Shown here in pieces: positions 52,920 to 64,000 of a DNA stretch of 64,000 nt. Each line of letters begins with the position of its first letter. Positions within the stretch are counted from its first letter, which is position 1. A program made the translations under genes and the position numbers. The notes below the pieces were generated by a model, which saw nothing but the letters and a program-made list of their open reading frames with translations, was not told the origin of the DNA and did not search any database. This stretch comes from Paraspadella gotoi (Eukaryota; Animalia; Chaetognatha), in NCBI GenBank assembly GCA_051294375.1, contig CM119264.1, forward strand, positions 13,846,813-13,910,812. The letters run 5' to 3'.

Positions 52920-53359
52920 ATGTCTGTCCGTCTGTCTGTCTGTCTTTGTTCTGTCTGTCGTTGTCTGTCTTCATTCGGTCCTACCTAGCAAAAAACCCAA
53001 TTATTCGTGATTGGGCATCGGTTGCGATTAGAATGCAAATTTTTGTCGCTGGTAGATAGTGACACGTGGTGTTAGAGCTGGAAAACAGTTTCGATGAAGA
53101 AAAGACATAAATAAAGTCATATTTACTGACATATTCTCGTTACTTATATTTACTAATAATTATTATATTTATTTAAAATTGGATAGATAACTTGAAATGA
53201 AATTTGTGTGTGGGTAGGAAAGTATGCAATTAAGCTGGAAATAATTTTTTGATGGAATCGTAGGAGTGGAAAAGAGTTTAAATTAGACAAACCAAAAGAC
53301 ACATTTATTTGAATTTTTAAAAAAATTCTCTCTTTTCTCTCTGATTGATTGATTGAATG

Positions 53360-53423
<64 letters not shown>

Positions 53424-53720
53424 CAAGTTTACCAAATTATGCCAGTTTACTAAATTATTCATGTGACCAAATTCTGCAAGTTGACCAAATTATGCCAGAT
53501 GATAAAATTATGCCAGTTGACCAAATTACGTCATTTAAACATATTATGCCAGTTTACCAAATTTGTTATGTTACGATGATCTGGTAAGATCACAAATTAA
53601 AAGTCAGAAAAAATTACCATGATTTATCATCGCATTAGCTTATTACCGCTTAATTATCATAGGCAGATCCGACATTGTTTGCTCAAACTTGTTTAATTTA
53701 CATACAACGATTGTTTTAAT
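52920..53720. mobile_element. Dispersed repeat with (GTCY)n head and internal 18-bp minisatellite, copy 1 (HINE/Helentron-like)
   Basis: Order: tgtctgtccgtctgtctgtc, aaatttgtgtgtgggtaggaa block, tgcaagtt(t/g)accaaatta tandem, ccgacattgtttgctcaaa. The same order recurs at 55765..56930. Confidence 0.5.
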
Positions 53721-53930
53721 GACGTAAAAATTGAGACATATTACGGTTCTAGTTGCGAAAAGATTGTTAAAAAAATTTCAACAAAAAAAAAAGAGAGAGA
53801 CATACATACGAATAATTAAATAACATCGGAAGAATGTACTTAAAAACAATCGATGTTTGTAAACAATAACTAAGTTCGGCCTTTATTTTTGAGATAAAAA
53901 AAAATATTTACGACCAAGTAGGATGAGGCT

Positions 53931-54510
53931 CAATGTCAACACGGGTTCCCTGCGCCATGCTAAGGAATCTACAATGGATACATCCGAGGAGGCAGCGATA
54001 TCTAGTCATTCCTTCCTTACTTCCTTGCTCGATGCCATAGAATCAATGAACTAGTTATTCTTTTTTTTATTTTCTGTTATAACTTGAGGGTGAATATTTA
54101 GTTGGACGAGACGAACATATTCATGTAAGCTGAGACGGCACAAGATATATGAAAGACAGGGGTTAAGGTTATATAGGTTATATAGTGATGATTAGGATAG
54201 GGAAATTATATATTATTAGTTAGAGGGATGATTATGATAGGTTGATTATAGATTAGGTATTATATATTGGTCAGCCGGATGGAATTAGCTGACCGAGTGA
54301 CCGAAAGTGGTCGGAATCTGTAGAATCAACGAATCTCGACCCAACAGTCGACCTGCTGGAAATCAGTCGACCTTACCCGATCGACCTGGGTGGATTTTAA
54401 GTCGACACCTTAGATTCGCGCCATAACACGTACCCAGAGGAAACTATCGGAAATATTTTATAGCTCTTGGTACATCCTAGCAGTGTGGTGCAGGGAACCG
54501 GACAACATTG
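53931..54510. repeat. Segment bounded by inverted repeats; related sequence at 63562..63930
   Basis: caatgt..gggttccctgcgccatgctaaggaat (53931-) versus atcctagcagtgtggtgcagggaaccggacaacattg (-54510). 54400..54650 matches 63562..63650 and 63865..63930. Confidence 0.55.
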
Positions 54511-54704
54511 ATCGACAGAGCCAGTCCGGCGACCTTCTCCGAAGCTCGATTTACAGAGGGCGCTATCCCCGAGGCGATAGAGAAGTCTTTAAAAAGAAAG
54601 TCATTTCTGTTGTTTATGTTTAATAACACTTTTGGATACAATTATCAATAATCTCTTTTTATCTACATCAGAAATACATATATATGCAAATAAGCTTATA
54701 TTAT

Positions 54705-55760
54705 ATCCTTTCTTTTCGTTGTAAATGATTTAGAGAAAAACAAAGTTTTATTAGTTTCAAGAACTTTGTTTTTATTGGCAAAACGACATTTTACGGCCTT
54801 GGTTTTTCAAGCCTTCTGTCAGTGTTTGTGATTAGACAAAATATTGTGCAAAAGAAGAGTAGAGCAAGAGAGAGAAAGTTTATAAGTATTCAACAAAAGT
54901 GGTGAGAACGAATAGTTAGTCACGGTGAGGGGACAGGGTAACTTGAACACACGATTAGTGAGTTTTTGAAAAAGAAGTGAAATTCTGGTTAGAGAGAAAG
55001 AGAGAGAGAGAAAGAGCATAGCTTAACAGGGATAAATAAATATATTAAAAAATATACATTGGTGCAATGTACAACATGATAAATGTTTAAAAAAACTGAA
55101 AAAGATTGGGTGAGAATTTTTAACAATTTGCAAAAGAGTGAATAAATAAGTTCAAGTATGTGTACTAATTACTAAAGAATTGTGGGGTTTGAAATGTAAG
55201 TTAAATAAGAAATTAGTTATATTTTTATGCTTATTATACTAATAATATACTTAACTTCTTTCATCACTTCACAATTTCACCCAAATTTCTTATAGCTAAT
55301 CTAGTCACTATTGAATCATTTATTCACTCTTTTGCAATGTTAAAAATTCTCCCATATCTTTTTCAGTTTATTTTAAACATCTATCATCTGTGTGTACATG
55401 CACAATGTATATTTTTATATTATTTATTTTATCCGTTGTTACAGTCGTCTACAATCTCTCTCTCTCTCTTTCTCTTAACCAAACTTTCATTTTTTTTTAA
55501 AAACTCATAATCTGTGTTCAATCGTTACCTGTCCTCACCCTCTCGCACCATATTCTGTCTCACCACTTTGTTGTGACAACTTTACCTTCTCTCTCTCTCT
55601 CACTCTATCTTTTAGGCACAATATTTTTGTCTAGATTACAAACACTGAAAGAAGGCTTGAAAACCAAAGCGAACATCGTCTGTTTTGCCAAATAAAAACA
55701 AATGTCGTTGAACTAATATTAAAACTTTTTGCTTGTTTCGCTAAATTACAGCAAAAAAAA
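54705..55760. repeat. ~1-kb imperfect palindrome centred near 55230
   Basis: e.g. ggtttttcaagccttc..agtgtttgt..gacaaaatattgtgc versus gcacaatatttttgtc..acaaacact..gaaggcttgaaaacc; complementarity continues towards the centre. Confidence 0.85.
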
Positions 55761-55764
55761 AGTT

Positions 55765-56930
55765 GATGTCCGTCCCGTCTATCTTCTGTCTGTCTGTCGT
55801 GTTCCCCCCCCTTATAAAAAAACTTCAATACTCGTAATTGGAGGGACTGGAATGTGTTACAATCGAAATTTGTTGTGTGTGGTTAGGAAGCTGTAATGAT
55901 TGAGCTGGACTATTACGTTTTCGATGTATATCGTGCGAGTGGAAAATGAGTTCTAAATAGAAAAACACATAAGCACATTAACATACAATTATTTTAACCC
56001 AGTGAATTTTGAATTAATCATAAATTGGGATGGATAGATTGATGATTACAATTTGTTGTATGTGTGGTGTAGGAAGTCGTGCTGAATGAAGAATCTGGAT
56101 ATAAAGTTTTTAAGATGGACGTGGAAATGAGTTTTAAATGGAAAAAACATGAGTCAAGTTGACTTTAATTTTTATTATTTATGGCTTAGCTCAATGGCAA
56201 TGTTTAGCATTAATTTGAATTAATAAAATTAAGTGAAAAAATTATGCATATTGAAAAAATATCAGTGAAATGGAATCGATCGCAAGTTGAACAGAATGAT
56301 GCAAGTTGAACCAGAATGACTGCAACAGTTGAAAGGAATGTGCAAGTTGCAACCTGGCCAGTTAAAGAATATGCAAGTTGAAAAAGAATGCATGCAAGTT
56401 GAAACGAATGAATGCAAGTGTTGAAAGAGGATCAGATGCAACGTGTGCAAAGATATGAATCGCAAGTTGAATAGATATGCAAGTTGATAAATGACTGAAT
56501 TAAGAATATGCAAGTTGAAAGAATGATGCACACGTGAAAGAATATGCAATGCAAGAATTGAGTAGCAAGTCAGTTGAAGAAAGATCAATTAATGCATATA
56601 GTTGAAAAAATTAGCAATTATAAGTGCAGAGTTGAAAAAAATATATGCTTGAAATTACCTTGCAGGTTTGAAAAAAATGAAGCAGACTTTAAAAAAAAGT
56701 CAAGCAGTTTAATAAAATCGGTTGCAAGGTGACAGAAATAAGCACATAGTTTGAAAAAAATTATTTTTGTACTTTATTTGTTCATTATTTATATTTATAT
56801 TTATTCTATTTATTTATTTAATTTATTTAGTGCTTATTCGTTAAATATCGCCTTGCAGAGCCCGACATTGTTGCTCAAAACTTTTTTCTTTCTGGCAATT
56901 TTTTTATCCTATACAAATGATTTTATGTTT
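55765..56930. mobile_element. Copy 2 of the (GTCY)n/minisatellite repeat
   Basis: Same block order as 52920..53720, with an expanded tgcaagttgaaa array at about 56280..56740. Confidence 0.5.
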
Positions 56931-59900
56931 TGCTATAGTTTCCTTTACTCTTCATCACGACTCAAGAAAATACAACACGGAAATGAAACTATGAGACGGA
57001 CGGGCAGACAGACATACAGACTGAGAAGAAGGAAAAAACACTGGTATTTGGAATTGACGCCGGTTTAAAATAAAAAAACAACCAGGGAAAAAGATTGATG
57101 AAAATTCGCGCATTTCGGGCAAATGTTGACTTGTGCGGACGTTTATGATGGCTAAATACTATCATTGATTTCAAATCTTTCTCTCTCTTCGAGCTTCCAC
57201 CCCGAAATAAGAAAAAGAATTTTTCCCGTAGCGGTTATCTTTATTCGCTTTCAGTTTTTTTCTTGACTCCTTTTCTTTTTTTTTACTTCTTGCTTGCTTT
57301 TTTTTCACGATTTGTTTCTCGCTAGTTATTTTCTTCTTTGGCTACCTTTTCGAGCGGTTGTTCTAGGTTTGTCTACGTTTTTCGTTATTTAGAGCCTTAC
57401 TCTCGCAAGCCTGAAATAACCGAAATAAAGCAGGAATGTAAAATAAAAATAATGTGTTGTATAACCAAGTGGAGGAGAGAAAAGAAAGAGAAAGAAGAGG
57501 AGAGAGGGGACGAGAGAGACGAGAGATGAGATGAGTAGAGATCAGAGAGAAGGGAGCGAGAAGGAGAGAGGGAGGAGAGGAGAGAGATGACGAGAGCGAG
57601 AGAGAGCAGGGGAGATAGAGAGAAGAGAGAGAGAAGAGAGAGACAGAGAGAAGCGAGGGAGAGTAAGATGGGAGAGGATCAGGAGATGAGAGTAGAGAGA
57701 GGAAGTATGTATGGAAGAGAGAGAAGAGAGAGACGTGATGAGTCCAGTCAGCAACCTCTTAACATCCGAGCAGCATGCCCTCTCATCGATCGATGACGAG
57801 ATCTTTTTTGTCTTTCTTTTTTTTTTCTTCTTTCGTCTTAAAGACTTTTGAGATTGAATTTCTCTCGCGCTCCTGGACGCGGAAGATCGACCGGCCCCCC
57901 ACCGCCCCCCCCGCCCCCGGTGTTAGCGAGACGATCGAGGGGAATCTTGGACGTGCCGAGGGGGAAGAAGAGACTCGACGTGTAGTTTGGGGGGGGGTGT
58001 GGAGTGGGGGTGTGGGGTGTGTGGGTGCGGGGGAATGCGTTGATGCTGTCGGTCGGGGGAGGGTCGGTCACGGTCTGTGGATCAGCGGCTGGGATCGCGG
58101 GAGGTGGTCGTGCCGGGGGTAGTAGTGAATTGATTTGAGTCGCCGGTTCGGGGTTTTTTTGGGGCGGGGCGGGGGGGTGTCCCCAATGGCGTGGGGGTGC
58201 GATTTGCGTAAGTGTGTGCCGATAGTTGTCCTAGTGTTTTTTTGGGGGATTGTCCTGGGCTTTTAATCTTGCTTTTGGGAAGGTTCGGTTGCCGGAGTGT
58301 TCGTTGTGTGTGGCGTATAGGTACCGTCGTTGTTTTTCGTTTACAGGGTGGGGTGGTCGGGGTGTGGTGGGGGGGGGGGGGTGGAGTAGATTCGGTCCGA
58401 TAGTGTTGGGGCGGTTCGGGTTTGTCTAGGGCGGCGGCGCAGGGGCGGCGTGATCGGGGCGTTGTACTCGTTTGGAGTGGATCCTGTTCGGTCGGCTGCG
58501 TGTTCGGTGGTCGGATGGGGTGAGTTCGGGTTGCCGGTTGATTGCGGGCCTCTCCGGGTTCGATCTGAGTCGTGTTTTGACTTTGAGCTTGGCGTTCTCT
58601 CGATTGGTTGGGATGCAGAAGGGATGCGCCGATGAAAGACAGGCGAAAACATTAGGAACGGTGGGACCGTTCCTGGCCAGGAGTGTGTCGGTGGTTCGGC
58701 GTGGGTGTAGGTTCGTGCCGGGTGCGGCGGTCTTGTCTTTGGGCGGTTTTAGTCAGCGGGTCGGAGCGGTTGGCTGTCATTTGTGAATGTGTTGTTGGTG
58801 TGGGGTGAGGGTCATGGAGGTGGTGGGTAGAGGAGTGGGAGATGGTAGAGGGTGGCGTGTGGCTAAGTGAGGGAGAACGATGCGTGAGGGGGTGAGGGTG
58901 GAAGTGGGGGGCGGGGGGGAAGAGCGCGGAGTGGCGGGAAGGGGGAGGACGTACGCAGAGAGGGGCGGGTTCGGAAAACTCGATAGGAGCTCAAGTGGTA
59001 GGAAAGGTGTTTCCTCCTTTCGTTACGTGTTTGTGTAGTGGAAATCACGAGGCTCGATCGTGAATTTTTCAATATTCTTCCATTTTAAACATTTGGATTT
59101 TTTTCTAGATAATAAATGAATAATGACAATTGGCGACAGAAAATAGTGTGAAGAAAGTGATTGAAAACATGCCCAAACATAGGAATGCGTGGGGTGTTAA
59201 GTGGGAGATCCTTGTTTCCGTTGGCGGGGGAAGGGGTGGTGTGTGGCGGAGGAGATGGAGGTATGAGAGGTAAGTTGGATTTATGTTCTGGTGGAAATGG
59301 GCGTGGCTTGCTGTAGGGGGGGGGTGGGGGTGGGGGGGGATAGAGCTTTGATTCCGGCGGTCAGCCTCTGCTTTAAATATGGACAGAAAAGCAGTATATT
59401 TAATCATGTAGGCGATTTTTGTTTGTTATTTGGCGAAGTGGGGCATGCGAGCGTAAGGTTCTATACACTTGTTGGATTAAAGACGGAGTGCGGGTACTCG
59501 CGTTGATTTGTTCTGGTGTGTCCCGTATATTTGTCGTAATAGCATCGCGGGGGTTCTATAGTGGAGGCCGGATTAGGGCTGCTGACTAGGAATTGTTGTT
59601 AGATTTTTGGAATAACGGTGTGTTACTTTTTTGAGTCCTGAGTGAGATTAGTTTTTTCGACACAGCAACAGCGGTGGGTTGTTTTGGAGTTGACGGGGGA
59701 GCACAGACGGAATTAGTTAAAGGAAATTGGAAAAATAAAGTGGAGGTATTTTTCCAATTTAGTTGTAGGAGTTTATGTGTTCGCGCAGTGAGAATAGATG
59801 AAAGAAAAAGACGTGGCGTTTGGTGTGGTAAGAAATTGAGTCGCGAGAGTGCGGGCGGGGGATGGGGGGGGGGTAGACTTAGGGGGTACTTACACATCCA

Positions 59901-62900
59901 GGTATCCGTCAGGCGAGGAGTTGGGCGTATGGACGGGCCTAGGGACCAAGGAGCGGGGCGTGGAGTATGAGAAGATGGTGGCGTGAGGGGTGTGGGAACA
60001 TGTGGGGTGAGAAGAAAAAAGAAGAGAGAGAGAAGAAGAAGAAGAAAGAACAGAAAGAGAATCGGGGGGGGGGGCCGGAGACTAGTGAGTGGTAAAAATG
60101 GATTAGAAGGAATCGGAGGAGTTAATGGGGAGGGAAGTGACGAGGGGTGGGCTGAGGGGGGGGGGAGAGGGGGGAGAGGAGCGAACGGTGGCGGGCGGCG
60201 GGAAGGGGGGTGAACGAAGATTGTGCTTGGGGCGGATAGGGGGGGGGAGGGTCGAGGGGGGGGGAGAGGGCAGGGAGGAGAGAAGGAAGAAATATGGCGA
60301 GCGAGAGGAGAACGTGACGGGTGGGTGGAAGAAGAATGGGTTCAGGGTGCATTGAAGGGTTGTGCGAGGAGAAGTTGTGGATTGGGCGGTATGGGCGGAG
60401 GGATTGGGCAGGAGGACAGGGGGGATGAGAGGAGAATCGATTCTGACGATATCGGAGTTCAGTGCCGGGGGCGCAGAATTAGAACGAGGACAAAGGTGGG
60501 AGTGGAGAGCGGAAAACAAAAAAAAATCGGCTCTACGGTTGGGGGAAGTAGAACTCCACGCCGAGGCCGGGGCGAGCAGGGCGGTGAGCGGGAGGTAAGA
60601 TGCGAGCGAGACGGGATGTGAAGGAGAGAGAAGAAAACGTTCGGTTCCTCTGCCTTCGGAGCGAAGAAAAAAAGATCTCGCACCTTCCTTTCGTCATGGG
60701 ATGGTCGGTGGGGGAAGGAGGTGTGTATGGCCGGTGTGGCGGGGAGTGGAAGAGGTTCTGTCTAGAGTGCGGGTGTGTGAGAAGGGTGGTGGTGCGAAAA
60801 GGAGAAGCGGCGCGGCCTTTCGTCGCGTGTCGACGTCGTTGTAGGTCCAATTTTGTGCTGGTCCTCATGTTTTTTTCTAGCATTTGTATTTTTGCGTCTG
60901 CGGGCTTTCGTCGCTGTAGAAGGCGAGAAGAGAGGCGCGGGGCGCGTCGAGGTTCGTGAGTGGAGGAGTGGCAAAAGGGCTGGAAACATTTGAGAGGTGG
61001 GTGGTGGGGTGGAGTGGTGGAAGAGGATGCGGAGTCAATTGGGAGCGGAGGAAGGGGGCGCGAGGCGAGGGGCGGGGCGGGGTTGGGGCGTGGGGTGCGG
61101 GGGGGAGTGGTTGAAAAAAAAGATGTGGCCAGACGTTGTGAGCGGAGGAGCGATGGAGCGAGAAAAACAAATTTTTCGTGGTTTCGGCAATGCGACACGG
61201 ATGGTGGAGGAGCGAAGTCGGGGAGGTAAGTGGTTTTGTAAGGAGCCAGAAGAGAGCAGAAAGATGGGGCAAAAGACGTGGTGTTTCTGGGCGTATAAAG
61301 ATATAGGGAATCGTTGAATTAGAGTAGGAAGTACAGGAAGTTAGAGTAGTGGGGGAGGGGCATGAGGAGGAGGTGATGGGTCGTAGAGGTGTGCGGTTAT
61401 GTGACGAAAAGATGAGAAGACTAGAAGAGTAAAAGAGAATCGGAGTTTAAAGACAGACAAGAGTGGGCGGAGAGGTGAAACCAAAGAGGGAGAGGAAGGT
61501 GGAGGGGGGGGAGAGGAGGGGTTTGAAGATTGGGGAGGAAAGAGGAGTAGGAGAGACAAGAGGGGGAGGGGCGGGATTGCAAGACAATCATTTGTGCGAC
61601 GAGCAGAAGAGACAAAAAAAGGGGGGCTGAGGAGCGAGAGGCGTTTTTAAGGAGGTGGAGGAGAAAAAAAAAAGAGAGGAAAACTTAGGAAAATTTTTAA
61701 CGACGAAAAGGGGAAAGGAAATCCTTGGCTTGTTGGCGGCGTTGCTAGGGCCTGGGGCAAAGCATCAAGGGGGCAGAGAAAGGTTAGCGCCGAGCGGGAG
61801 GGGCAGAGAGGGGAAGGAGCGAGGAGAGGGGGGAGGGGTGGGGTGAGGGGAGGAGAGAGGGAGGGGATGAGAGAAGGGGAAGGGATGGGAGGTGTTAGGT
61901 GATGTAGAGGAGAGGGGGGTGGAGGGGGGGGGGCGGGGGGGGGGGGGGAGGGGGGGAGAGGGGGGCAGGGGGAGAGAAGGGTGGGAGTGGAGGGGGGGGG
62001 GGTGGGGGGGGGGAGGGTGGAGATGAGAGAGAGAGGGGGGAGGGAGAGAGGAGAGAGAGGCAGAGAGAGGAGGGGATGGAAGAAAGGAGAAAGAGAGCAG
62101 GGACGAGAGAGGGGAAGGGGAGAGGTGGAATAGGGCGGGGAGGGAGGAGGAGAGAAGGGGCGGAGAGGGGAATGGGAGAGAGATGAGATGGAGAGAGAGA
62201 GGGAGAGAGAGACGGAGGAGAGAGAGAGAGTTTTCGAGAAAAAGACTCATTTGCTAAGTCGCGGAAGGGAAAAATGGGCCTCGGGGCTGAACGGTGACGG
62301 TGTGGTACTCGAGGTGGTGATGGAGTTTAGATTCTGGGTTATCCGGTGATTGTGGTGATTATCGTCCTCTTACCGTAGATTGCTGATTGTGGTGATTGAT
62401 CGAGCGCGAGTGAAAAAAAACCATATGATAACGCTTGATATATGGTTCATAAACTGATAAACTTGAGTGGATTGTGATTATTTTGTTGTCGTGTTTGTTG
62501 TTAAACGCTTTTATATGTTTCACTTTAAGAGCTTTAAAGATTTCCATGTTTAATGTTCTTGTTTTCCGCGGTGGGAAATCTTTTTTTTTTTAAATCAGGG
62601 AGTTGGCGAGAACGACAAAAAAAATTCTCAAAAGGAGAACGATTGCTAAAAAGAACAATCTATTTTGTTTTTCCACAGAAAACAGATAAATGTTTATTCT
62701 GTGTGACGAAAATATAGAAAATATATCGGCAGTGCTCGATGCCTCGCCTGTTATCGGTGGGCTTTATTTATCTGTTCATAATTATAAATATATACATTCT
62801 ATCTAATAGTTTTTCTTTATTCCAAATTACAAAGAGGAAGAATTATCCCTTGTTCTCTATTTATGCACGTAATGCCATCCATATCCCGAACAAAAGCCTT

Positions 62901-63932
62901 TGCTGTTAAAAAAAAGATGTGAACGTTTACACTTAAAGTGGGCAAGAACACCAGTAATCATGTTCGCCTACGAAGAAAAAAAATGATACTTTAGGGGAAA
63001 AAAACGAAAATAAAAATTCAGGTGGTCATTCGAACGAATTCAGTTTCGCACGAAAACAGATTTATCGACATGACGCTTTTTCTTTTTTCCTTTTTCATTT
63101 TTTTTTTTGAACAAACGATTCAGATGTGACGTCACTTTTTTTTTCTGGTTCGAGATTAATCGACTTAGATATGACAAACGTCGGTACTCCGAATGTCTGT
63201 TCAATCGTCCGTTCCGTCGTCGTCTACGTTACGTCATCTTCCCGTCGTCGTCTTACTCTCCAATCCTGACAATTAGCACGCCATTAGGATTTCGTGACGA
63301 GCGAGTCCCGCAATTTCGTGACAACAAACTTTCACCTTTTCAGTGCATACGCTTAACGAGAAGATTCGAGTGCTATACAATGTGCATCGAAGTAATCCTA
63401 TCTACCTGTTTTTGAAAAAAACAAAAAAAAAAATTAAAAGCCCTTAAGGTAAACTTCTTTAAGTCCATATCTCCCGGATCATATTTTCGATTTTCTTGTC
63501 TTCTTCTTATACTCGTGAATGTATGCTTAATACCTCNNNNNNNNNNNNNNNNNNNNNNNNNTCGACCGTTAGACTCGCGCCTCCAGGTGAAACTTCGGAT
63601 GTCCCATTGCGGATTCCCTAGCAGTGGGATGCAGGGAACCCGGAACACATNNNNNNNNNNNNNNNNNNNNNNNNNNNNNNNNNNNNNNNNNNNNNNNNNN
63701 NNNNNNNNNNNNNNNNNNNNNNNNNNNNNNNNNNNNNNNNNNNNNNNNNNNNNNNNNNNNNNNNNNNNNNNNNNNNNNNNNNNNNNNNNNNNNNNNNNNN
63801 NNNNNNNNNNNNNNNNNNNNNNNNNNNNNNNNNNNNNNNNNNNNNNNNNNNNNNNNNNNNNNNNTTTTAAAAAAGGAAGTCAATTTCTGTTGTTTATGTT
63901 TAATAAACGGTTTTGATACAATATCATCGCCA

Positions 63933-63940
<8 letters not shown>

Positions 63941-64000
<60 letters not shown>
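63941..64000. repeat. (AAT)n microsatellite
   Basis: Perfect run to the end of the window. Confidence 0.95.

Noticed and set aside
57800-62300. G-rich region with many short ORFs and G-quadruplex-like runs
   Set aside because: Strong strand-biased G runs and corrupted repeats indicate very low-quality read sequence; nothing interpretable.

Overview
Eukaryotic genomic DNA from an invertebrate animal (not assignable further), with GT-AG introns, many microsatellites and several N-gaps. Parts of about 24-28 kb, 34.7-42.6 kb and 53-63 kb look like low-accuracy long-read gap-fill. I spliced five protein-coding genes by hand. (1) A SARM1/TIR-1 orthologue (+, about 3..11788, ARM-SAM-SAM-TIR) with an intact TIR NADase site, apparent substitutions in the NMN/NAD+ allosteric pocket and a ~44-aa charged insertion in the ARM domain. 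(2) A divergent DIPP/NUDT3-family Nudix hydrolase (-, 5780..6553), nested antisense inside the 6.25-kb intron that splits the SARM1 TIR domain. (3,4) Two tandem four-exon paralogues of a family I do not recognise: basic aromatic N-domain, Glu-rich rod, a conserved WGLRGPWRTQ motif and RRSS-repeat tail. (5) A minus-strand single-Ig-domain cell-surface protein (IgLON/Lachesin/DIP-like) with a Thr-rich stalk, whose 3' exons are tentative. The rest is non-coding: MITE/HINE-like repeats, fold-back palindromes (possibly assembly artefacts), a tRNA-Leu 3' fragment and frameshifted coding-like remnants. Comparisons to human proteins are from recalled sequences aligned by eye and need a computed alignment.
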